From: an uncultured Clostridia bacterium
Lineage (GTDB): Bacteria; Bacillota; Clostridia; Christensenellales; UBA1242
DNA: 64,000 nucleotides
Direction of reading: 5' to 3'
Assembly (NCBI GenBank): GCA_934747775.1
Contig: CAKVHA010000007.1
Location: 1,437-65,436, forward strand
Of this stretch, positions 40,742-48,061 are shown one piece after another (position 1 is the stretch's first letter; each line of letters opens with the position of its first letter). Both the position numbers and the translations under genes were made by a program. Below the pieces are notes generated by a model. The model was not told where the DNA came from, ran no database searches, and worked only from the letters and a program-made list of their open reading frames with translations.

Positions 40742-41926
40742 CTAAGATAGCGTAATGCCACTTATTCTTACTTGACCATATGGTGCCGAACAAATTAAGT
40801 CGCCATATTTTACAAGTGTTGCATTGTAAGCTGCATAACCAGCTTTTTGAGTTAAGATGCTTCCGTTTTCATCACACATCCATTCCCAATCGCATAATTG
40901 ATGGAATACGAAATCGTTTGTGTTTAGCAAGTACATTTTTCCTTTATCAACTAGTCTATCGGAAAGAAGTGGAGTTCCATAGAAGTCATACGCTTTAAAG
41001 CCACCCTCAATTTCCATTGTTTGAACAGGCTTATTAGCAGTAATTAAAAGACCTTGATATTTTCTTCTAACCGCTGGATCGCAAACAATAAAGTTAACTG
41101 GATTTCCTGAATTTGCTTCGGCAATATCCATTTGTTCAATAATTGCAAGTTCGCTAATTGCAGCACCTAATGTTTTACTTACGCCACTAACAAAAGGGTT
41201 TGCAGATTTTGTTAAACCATAAACCGAAGTAACAGATGAATCAAACAAAGCATCAATACCAGTGATTTCGTTGTTTAGTGAACCGTGGACAACAAAGTAC
41301 ATAGATCCTTCTGCAACATCGGTTAATGAATTTTCTTTATCAAAAGTAATTTTGTTTGTAGCTCTATCTACCGATAAAACTGTAAAGCCACTACCGCCAG
41401 TAGGAATAGTGCCATTGCTTCCATCACAAACATCTAAAACCATACCCTCCAAAATGCCTTGTGCGTTGTTTACCGTTAATGTTTTCTTGTCGGTGCTAAT
41501 GCCACAAATCTCACTAATATATCCTTTGCCATTGCCGTACAACATACGAGCCATATTAAAGCTGCTTGCTTCAATTAAGCGTTCCATTTCATCGTTTAGC
41601 AAATTAACAAAAGCACCTGCACTGTTTTGACTTGCTCTAATTGCCTTGTCTGAAATTTCAATTTTGCCGTAAAGGTTTTTAAGAGTGCTTGTTAGGTTTA
41701 CATATTTTGTGTTGCCAGTTGCAGGAAGTTCGCCAGTTTCGCTAGTAGCAACAATTCCGCCGTTTATCCCAATAGGTGCTAACACTTTAATTTCTTTACC
41801 ATAAACGCCCTTTGTTGATTGTTTTATTTGAGCGAAAAATGGATTTGTTTTTAAATTAAGCATATTGCTTAATACTCCAAGATACACTGTTTTTAGTGCA
41901 CTGTTTGCTGTAGTAAAATCTACCAT
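40742..41926 (-). CDS. major capsid protein (putative)
   Basis: 394 aa, directly after a scaffold-like gene and the portal. Followed by a strong hairpin. The composition is typical of capsid proteins. This is a position-based call. Confidence 0.6.
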   Translation of the reverse strand: MVDFTTANSALKTVYLGVLSNMLNLKTNPFFAQIKQSTKGVYGKEIKVLAPIGINGGIVATSETGELPATGNTKYVNLTSTLKNLYGKIEISDKAIRASQNSAGAFVNLLNDEMERLIEASSFNMARMLYGNGKGYISEICGISTDKKTLTVNNAQGILEGMVLDVCDGSNGTIPTGGSGFTVLSVDRATNKITFDKENSLTDVAEGSMYFVVHGSLNNEITGIDALFDSSVTSVYGLTKSANPFVSGVSKTLGAAISELAIIEQMDIAEANSGNPVNFIVCDPAVRRKYQGLLITANKPVQTMEIEGGFKAYDFYGTPLLSDRLVDKGKMYLLNTNDFVFHQLCDWEWMCDENGSILTQKAGYAAYNATLVKYGDLICSAPYGQVRISGITLS

Positions 41927-41937
41927 AAAATTTTCTC

Positions 41938-42552
41938 CTATTTAAACATTTTTTTTGCCATTTCACCTGCTTCATATACATTTTTAGGAGCATTACAACC
42001 AGTCGCCACAACATTACCTTTTGTGCCGGTCATAAGAAATGGCGAGTTATTTAGTTCTTTTAAATAGTTATTTAAAATGGTTTCTTTTGCGGTTTTAGAT
42101 AACTTTTCCAAAAGAAACTCATCATTGCTTACATTATTTAAAAGACTTGTGTAGTTGTTTTCCAAAACCACTGCATATGCCATTTCTAGCGGGGATTTGC
42201 CATTTGCAATTTCCTTGTCACCAACAATAACATTTGCAATTTCTTTAGAAAACTCTTTAGCTTTTGGATTTTTTGTGAAAAAATCGTCAAGCTTTTGTTG
42301 CCAGCCGTCAGTTTCAAAAAACGGTGTGTTAGCATTGTCGTTTTTTTGCTTTGTTAGTTCGCTTAGCTGCTGGCATTTTTTTGTAAATTCAACCTGTAAA
42401 GCATTGTAAGAACTTAGCAAGCTTTCACTAGACTTGAATTTACCAAGTGGAGAGCCTTCCCTTAAGCCCGTACTTTCATTTTCAACATCCGCCGCTGCGG
42501 TTAAAGTGGCTTCGTGGTTTGGTTGTTCTCCAATATTTTTAATGTTTTCCAT
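41938..42552 (-). CDS. scaffolding protein (putative)
   Basis: 204-aa helical, acidic/Lys-rich protein between the portal and capsid genes. Confidence 0.5.
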   Translation of the reverse strand: MENIKNIGEQPNHEATLTAAADVENESTGLREGSPLGKFKSSESLLSSYNALQVEFTKKCQQLSELTKQKNDNANTPFFETDGWQQKLDDFFTKNPKAKEFSKEIANVIVGDKEIANGKSPLEMAYAVVLENNYTSLLNNVSNDEFLLEKLSKTAKETILNNYLKELNNSPFLMTGTKGNVVATGCNAPKNVYEAGEMAKKMFK

Positions 42553-42554
42553 AA

Positions 42555-44438
42555 TTATTCTTCCTTTTCACTTTGTTCTTTTTTTAATAATTCTTTATGT
42601 TTTTTAATGTGGTCTACAATCACTTTTTTTAATTCGTCTTTATTTGCCAACTTATTAAACTCCTTGCCCAAAACATAACAAATGTGCTCGTTTATATGCA
42701 AAGCATGGTCGTCTATTTCACTAGGCTCTTCCATAACGCCTTTTTCAATAAGGTCATAATTTTCAACATCAGCTCTGTTTATTTGCAATGTTTGTGCGTC
42801 TTGCATTGTTTCCCACATTCCAAAACCTAACTGCTCCAAAAGTTTTTGACGAATTGAGTTTTTTAAAATGCCGTTTTCGTCGTTAAATAGTCCAGACTTA
42901 AATAGGTCAAAAATCATGTTTCTCCTTTGGGCTATGGTTTGGTTTATTTCATTTTCGGTTTCAAACACAACATCTTCACTAGTAATGTTGGAGTTGCTCC
43001 AATGCAACATTTCTACCTTGCCATTTTCATCTACTAGCCTAGATATGTGCGGCAAAATGGCAAACTGCTTGTAAAGTCTTAAAATGTGCTTTGCAATTTC
43101 TTTGCAAGCATTCTTAATTTGGTCGGAAACCGTAGACAATTTTGCTTCGTCTTGTTCCACTAAAAGTTCTAGCGCAACGCCACTAATGTTTCCATTTGAA
43201 GCAATTGTGGAATTTAGTAAATCAGATACGCCGCCAATATTTGTAAACTCTTCTAGCAAATACTCTTCTTCTTTTTCTAAACTGGTTGGAACCGCTTCGT
43301 TTGGCAAAATTTTAGGCAAATTTGCGCCTTGACGATACACTAGTACTTTCCCTGGTGACAAGCCTTCATCTTCTAGACTCTCTATATCCACCGAGCCATC
43401 TTCAACAGCCAAAACACCCAAACTTAGTCTATTTAAAAATTCGTGTTTGCGGTTTTTAACTGCATTGAATGCGCGTTGAATAGGAATAAGTCGTTCAATA
43501 ACACTTGTTCCCCAAAAACTATTTGGAGTAATGCTAGATGTTTGCTTTATAAACGGATAACCACGCTTACCATCAATGGTATTAACATATGGCAATTCAC
43601 CAATATACACAAGTTTGTCGCCAGCAATAATAGTGAGTTTTCCATTTGGATTTTTTGTTGTTGGGCGCTCATATTTTTCAATAACAAGCGCTTGATTTTG
43701 AGATTTTTGTTTGGTCACACCAAAACTTGTTGCGCCATATCCCAAACCGCCCAAATTTGAAATATTACCCATGGAATATGTGCTAAATTCGCCGCCGCTA
43801 ACATCTACGCCCCACATATCTTTAATATCTTCAATGTTCATAGCGCGAGCGTGAATTATGCTTTTTTGGTCTTCAATTTGTGATATCGCACAATTTTCTG
43901 GAAATATTTCATATGGCGAAACTACCGCAATATCAACTTCGCCTTCGCAAATATTTCTGCCAGTTTCGTCGCGTTTTACAACACGTCCTTTTGTGTTGTC
44001 CCATCCAACCTTATAAAAACTGGTTCCACAAATTTCACTCCACATTGTACCTTCGTTTAAAATTCTGCTTAAATTTAGGTCAAAAGATACGCTTTTAAGC
44101 AAGTTTTTACTTACTTTTGCACACCCAACATCGTGCGGATCATCGGAAAATGGCAAAACCGTAAGCGACGGTCTAACGCGGTTTAATTTTGAGAGCCTTA
44201 GTTCAATAATTGGCGCAATGTGGTTAAAAACTTCGCGTTCTTGCCAAAAATATTGCTTGTTTTCGTCTATCATTTCGTTTAGTCCGTTAATGTAACAATA
44301 TTGATTCCCCATTAAAAAATTAATATTAAGTCCCCACGCTGTTTCGTAGTTTTTCTTTTGTTGTTGACGCTCTTTAAAATCGTCTAAAATTTGTTGTACA
44401 ATTTGTTTTTCAATTTCAGTGTTCATATTTTTTTCCAT
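42555..44438 (-). CDS. portal protein (putative)
   Basis: 627 aa. It is the first large gene after the terminase, with an AAGGAG SD. Size and order fit a portal. Confidence 0.6.
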   Translation of the reverse strand: MEKNMNTEIEKQIVQQILDDFKERQQQKKNYETAWGLNINFLMGNQYCYINGLNEMIDENKQYFWQEREVFNHIAPIIELRLSKLNRVRPSLTVLPFSDDPHDVGCAKVSKNLLKSVSFDLNLSRILNEGTMWSEICGTSFYKVGWDNTKGRVVKRDETGRNICEGEVDIAVVSPYEIFPENCAISQIEDQKSIIHARAMNIEDIKDMWGVDVSGGEFSTYSMGNISNLGGLGYGATSFGVTKQKSQNQALVIEKYERPTTKNPNGKLTIIAGDKLVYIGELPYVNTIDGKRGYPFIKQTSSITPNSFWGTSVIERLIPIQRAFNAVKNRKHEFLNRLSLGVLAVEDGSVDIESLEDEGLSPGKVLVYRQGANLPKILPNEAVPTSLEKEEEYLLEEFTNIGGVSDLLNSTIASNGNISGVALELLVEQDEAKLSTVSDQIKNACKEIAKHILRLYKQFAILPHISRLVDENGKVEMLHWSNSNITSEDVVFETENEINQTIAQRRNMIFDLFKSGLFNDENGILKNSIRQKLLEQLGFGMWETMQDAQTLQINRADVENYDLIEKGVMEEPSEIDDHALHINEHICYVLGKEFNKLANKDELKKVIVDHIKKHKELLKKEQSEKEE

Positions 44439-44450
44439 TAATTATTCTCC

Positions 44451-44657
44451 TTATTTTTTAAATTTATTTAAAATATTTTGCGGGCTTTTTGGGGCTACAA
44501 ACTTGCCCATTTCAAAATACAGATTTTTAAAACATTCTTCACACAAAAACAGCTTTATTGTTGCCTTTTTCTTTACTACATCAATTTCATAATCGGACAA
44601 ATTTTTATTGCATTCGCCCGAATTGCAAACAATGTTTTTCCTAGTTTTTTTTATCAT
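44451..44657 (-). CDS. small zinc-ribbon protein (68 aa)
   Basis: CNSGEC ... CEEC cysteine pairs. Overlaps the upstream gene by 17 nt. Confidence 0.45.
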   Translation of the reverse strand: MIKKTRKNIVCNSGECNKNLSDYEIDVVKKKATIKLFLCEECFKNLYFEMGKFVAPKSPQNILNKFKK

Positions 44658-44937
44658 TTTCTTCCGCCTTTTTAAGTAGTTCTATTAGTCGTGTTCGCTC
44701 CGCTTCTAGTTTAGATAAATCCATATCTTTAAATTCGTCGTCAGCCGCATCTCGTTCCATCATTATTTCAATCGCGCGAATTTCTGGCGGATAATACTTT
44801 TTGTTGGTTTTTCGTTTTAATAGCGTAAAAGCCTTGTCCACCATCCCGTACTCTTCGGCAACATCTTCTTCTGAAAACCCAGTGGCTCTATCGTACAACG
44901 CTTTTTCTATTCGCTTTTGTTTTTCATCTTGTTCCAT
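44641..44937 (-). CDS. small acidic protein with a terminase-small-subunit-like C-terminal motif
   Basis: KRKTNKKYYPPEIRAIEIMMERD resembles the K...PPD..A..FWLKNR segment I remember from Firmicute phage TerS proteins. There is no N-terminal HTH. It lies after TerL, not before it. Confidence 0.35.
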   Translation of the reverse strand: MEQDEKQKRIEKALYDRATGFSEEDVAEEYGMVDKAFTLLKRKTNKKYYPPEIRAIEIMMERDAADDEFKDMDLSKLEAERTRLIELLKKAEENDKKN

Positions 44938-46363
44938 TTCGCCGCTGCAACAACCTCCTATACATTTTTTCTTTATCTTTTTCTATAATGCTTTTTTCCA
45001 CAACCTTAACACCTTCTGGTTTTGTCATAATGTAATATCTAAGTTCGTCTAGCGAGTGGTCGTCTTTTTTTATTGGATTTTCGCCACTGCCCCAAAAATA
45101 ACTTTTAATTTCCCTAATCATATTTGTGCAAGTTCTAAATATAAACAGTCGTGACCTACCGCAAGCATTTTTAAAGTAACTTTTCACCCTATTTATTCCG
45201 CTAAACAAATCTTTATTTACGTGCGGATTAACCATAATGCCATAGTCCGCAAAAAGTTCTGTTACGCTTTTTTCACTTGCCAGCGTTTTCTGATTTGCCG
45301 CGCTATCTATTAGTGCTTCAATGTAGCCCATGTGCGACTTTTTCCAACCCAGCCGCTCCGATATAGCTTTAATACAGTTTGCGTGATACTCAATGTTTCT
45401 GCCTGCTTCATAGTGCTCAGCTATAACATACACATTACCATCATAATCGGTTGCGTACCAGTGTGCCGAAAGCGGATTGTTAAGCCCTGGATCGATGCTA
45501 ATTGTGTCGTACCACTCTTTGGGAACATTAAATGGATCTATAACATTTACATTTTCATCAAATTCGTTGTAAACCATTCCGCCATTTCCCACAAAAAGCC
45601 CGTATCTACGCGACTTTAATTCATCCGCACTAATCGATGCCGAAAACGCTTCTACTTCCTTTTTATTTAAAAAAGGATTGTCCGCCCATTCCATATGAAT
45701 ATGCCAAACTTCACTATCGTTTAACTCGTTTAAAAATATGGTGTTATACACCCACGTAAGACCTTTTAGCGGTGTCATTGTTCCAAAAATTTCGCCCGAT
45801 TTATCTAGTACACGCATTTTACATTCCAAATACACATCAAAAGGCGGCTCTTCATCAAACCACACAAAATCTAGGCTTGTTCCTTGAAATTTTTCACGAC
45901 CTTGGTCACAAGTTTTAAATGAAATACGGCTTAATCCACCAAAAACATTTTTTATTATTATGGTGTCAATTACCCCCATATCCAGATTGCTTCGTTTGCC
46001 GCTAAGCATAACTATGTCTTCTATCCAATCTTTATTTAAGTAATACAAAATTTTACTTTGCGCCACATCGCGCTGCACTTGTGTAGATAGCGACACAACC
46101 CAACCTTCCACATTCGGCTTATTTTGTTTGTATGGGTGAATTCCACGCGCAAGCCATATTGCTTCCACCGCACCACACTCGGTTTTGCCACTGCGGTTTC
46201 CGCCAAACACCCAGCGATTTTTTTTGGTACATTTGTGAAACATCAGCTGTTTTTTATGCACTTTTTCGCCTGTGTTGTATTCAAAAATGCGGTTGTTGTT
46301 TTTGTAGTTTTCAATTGCAATATTAACCTTATTTAGCCGCTTTTTAATTTCTTCAAGTTGCAT
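44924..46363 (-). CDS. terminase large subunit
   Basis: Walker A FGGNRSGKTE and Walker B LDFVWFDEEP. The C-terminal nuclease-like half includes ISIDPG and a DDHSLDELRY motif. 479 aa with an AAGGAG SD. Confidence 0.85.
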   Translation of the reverse strand: MQLEEIKKRLNKVNIAIENYKNNNRIFEYNTGEKVHKKQLMFHKCTKKNRWVFGGNRSGKTECGAVEAIWLARGIHPYKQNKPNVEGWVVSLSTQVQRDVAQSKILYYLNKDWIEDIVMLSGKRSNLDMGVIDTIIIKNVFGGLSRISFKTCDQGREKFQGTSLDFVWFDEEPPFDVYLECKMRVLDKSGEIFGTMTPLKGLTWVYNTIFLNELNDSEVWHIHMEWADNPFLNKKEVEAFSASISADELKSRRYGLFVGNGGMVYNEFDENVNVIDPFNVPKEWYDTISIDPGLNNPLSAHWYATDYDGNVYVIAEHYEAGRNIEYHANCIKAISERLGWKKSHMGYIEALIDSAANQKTLASEKSVTELFADYGIMVNPHVNKDLFSGINRVKSYFKNACGRSRLFIFRTCTNMIREIKSYFWGSGENPIKKDDHSLDELRYYIMTKPEGVKVVEKSIIEKDKEKMYRRLLQRRNGTR

Positions 46364-46455
46364 TTATTCTCCTTTTTACAAAATTTATCAATTTTCTACA
46401 AAATACATAATTGCACGCATTTTGTTTATTTTTAAATTAGGTTTAAAATTAAAAT

Positions 46456-47190
46456 ATGAAAAGGTTTATTATATTAATTTCGGTGGTTTTATTCGCCGCT
46501 TTTGTTCCTATCACCCTTTGCGAAGATAATAGCTTTGCTATGATTATAAATGATTACACTTGTTTGTATCGCACACCCGAAGCCAACAACGATATAAAAA
46601 ACATAATATGTGTTATGGAAAGCACATATTATGTTGAAATACTTCATACTTACAATGAAGAATATTATAAAGTTAACTACAATGGCGTGAGTGGGTATGT
46701 TTTAAGAAAATGTGTTAAAAAGGTAAACGGAGCGCCAAATAATCCATACCCAAGCAATGTAAAATTAAAAACCGTTAACAACAATATTTATTTACGCACA
46801 ACCCCAGCAAAAACCAACAACACGCTTAGCATTATCCCTGCCAGCACCGAAAGTTTGGAATTTGTGGGATATGTTTATGGCGAACAAGTTGACGATTTTA
46901 GGGACAACATATGGTACTATGTAAAATACTTAGACATCTACGGATATGTGTATGGTGAGTACATTGCCGAAATTTCCGCAATTCCAAAAAACATAGAACA
47001 ACTAAACTTTGTAAACGACGATTATGTTCAAGTTAAAAACCCTCTTTCAAATGGAACTTGCGCCATAATTGTAGGAGTTTTAACACTGCCTACAATGTTA
47101 ATTTTGCTACTACTTTATAAAAAACCAAAACCAAATAAAAAGTTTAAAGAACAAGTAATTGTTGTTAAAGAATACGACGAAAAACTTTAA
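46456..47190 (+). CDS. membrane-anchored protein with two SH3b-like domains
   Basis: Signal peptide, then two SH3_3-like segments (YYKVNYNGVSGYVLRKCV; WYYVKYLDIYGYVYGEYI), a C-terminal TM helix (CAIIVGVLTLPTMLILLLLY) and a Lys-rich tail. Confidence 0.6.
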   Translation: MKRFIILISVVLFAAFVPITLCEDNSFAMIINDYTCLYRTPEANNDIKNIICVMESTYYVEILHTYNEEYYKVNYNGVSGYVLRKCVKKVNGAPNNPYPSNVKLKTVNNNIYLRTTPAKTNNTLSIIPASTESLEFVGYVYGEQVDDFRDNIWYYVKYLDIYGYVYGEYIAEISAIPKNIEQLNFVNDDYVQVKNPLSNGTCAIIVGVLTLPTMLILLLLYKKPKPNKKFKEQVIVVKEYDEKL

Positions 47191-47723
47191 TAAACCATAT
47201 TAAATTCTCTAATTACATTTTTAAAGAATTTGTATTTAATAATGTCGTCATCAAAATCGCATTTTACTTCTTTACAATTAGCTTTGTATAAATGCTTTAA
47301 CCAATTTTCACCGCAAAACATTTCTTCCAATCTCTCCTTGGAATACCCCATTCCCATAAGAGTTTTTGTAAAAATGTCAAGCGCGCTATTTTTCACCCTA
47401 AAAAATGTTCGGTCGCTAATATGCATAATGTTTGCAATGTCTTCATTTTTTACGCCATCAATATAGCTTAGCGCAAGCACCTTTTTATATTTTAATGGCA
47501 TATTAGAAAGCACATCTTCAACCAGCACTTTAAGATTAATTAGGTTTATTTTTCTGTCGGTTAGCTGCATCACCGTGTTTGCGCAGTCATACGCACTATT
47601 AAACCTTGCGTTGTTGTAAAAAGCCGACGCAATGCTCTTTTTTACAACCAAATCATCTATACTATTGCTTAGTGCCTCCAAGTATTTATAAACCGATAAA
47701 ATTGTTTTGCTCCAGTTTCTCAT
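47187..47723 (-). CDS. sigma-70 region-4-like HTH regulator (phage late-activator-like)
   Basis: PLKYKKVLALSYIDGVKNEDIANIMHISDRTFFRVKNSALDIF matches the region-4 pattern L....r.vl.l.y..g.s..EIA..l.iS.rT......A. 178 aa with a GGAGG SD. Confidence 0.55.
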   Translation of the reverse strand: MRNWSKTILSVYKYLEALSNSIDDLVVKKSIASAFYNNARFNSAYDCANTVMQLTDRKINLINLKVLVEDVLSNMPLKYKKVLALSYIDGVKNEDIANIMHISDRTFFRVKNSALDIFTKTLMGMGYSKERLEEMFCGENWLKHLYKANCKEVKCDFDDDIIKYKFFKNVIREFNMVY

Positions 47724-47749
47724 TTTTCCTCCAAATTTTCATTTTCCAT

Positions 47750-47779
47750 ATTATAATGTACAAAATTTTGTTTTGTCAA
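47750..47779 (-). promoter_or_regulatory. near-consensus sigma-A-type promoter of the regulator gene
   Basis: Minus strand TTGACA (47779..47774), 18-nt spacer, TATAAT (47755..47750). Confidence 0.5.
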
Positions 47780-47843
47780 AGGGTTGTGCCATATTTTTGT
47801 AAAAAATGTTATATTTTGTACAAAAATGTCAAATTTTGTCAAA
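47757..47843. repeat. two copies of a TGTACAAAA ... TTTTGTCAAA imperfect inverted repeat, 60 bp apart
   Basis: Copy A is 47757..47780 and overlaps the -35 and spacer of the regulator promoter. Copy B is 47817..47843, with an extra ATGTCAAA. Confidence 0.6.
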
Positions 47844-47858
47844 TTGTTCTATATTTTT

Positions 47859-47872
47859 AGAACATCTGTTCG
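47859..47872. promoter_or_regulatory. LexA (Cheo) box-like palindrome
   Basis: AGAACATCTGTTCG compared with the Gram-positive consensus CGAAC-N4-GTTCG: 9 of 10 fixed positions, and the GAAC-N4-GTTC core is perfect. Lies in the divergent region between the regulator and the 951-aa gene. Confidence 0.4.
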
Positions 47873-48061
47873 AATTATATGCCGTTAAATGTGACAACTG
47901 TGTGTCATAATTAAAAATTAGTATTAGTCAAACTGCACAAAGTTTTTTGTTTTGGACTAAATCAACAAAAAAAATTTTTTAAGCAATTTTATTTGATTTA
48001 TTGATTACTATTTTTTATAATATAATTATTATTATATATACTACTAAAAACGGAGAAACTT

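Larger units (their letters stand above)
35927..47723 (-). mobile_element. phage-derived head / short-tail / holin gene block lacking integrase, repressor, replication, tape-measure and endolysin genes
   Basis: Thirteen co-directional genes, overlapping or nearly abutting, run terminase to holins. The sigma-r4-like regulator lies upstream, with one opposite-strand SH3b gene between it and the terminase. Only TerL, the holins and (by position) portal, scaffold and capsid are recognisable. Confidence 0.7.

Noticed and set aside
30152-47723. The idea that the phage-like block is a skin-type element associated with sigK.
   Set aside because: sigK (30152..30853) is uninterrupted. It is separated from the block by about 5 kb of core genes: U32 peptidase, methyltransferase, rnj and a membrane protein.
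35812-48061. Attachment-site direct repeats or a tRNA integration site flanking the phage-like block.
   Set aside because: By eye I found no matching repeats of 12 nt or more at the two borders, and no tRNA or integrase nearby. A proper repeat search is needed, so this is unresolved rather than excluded.
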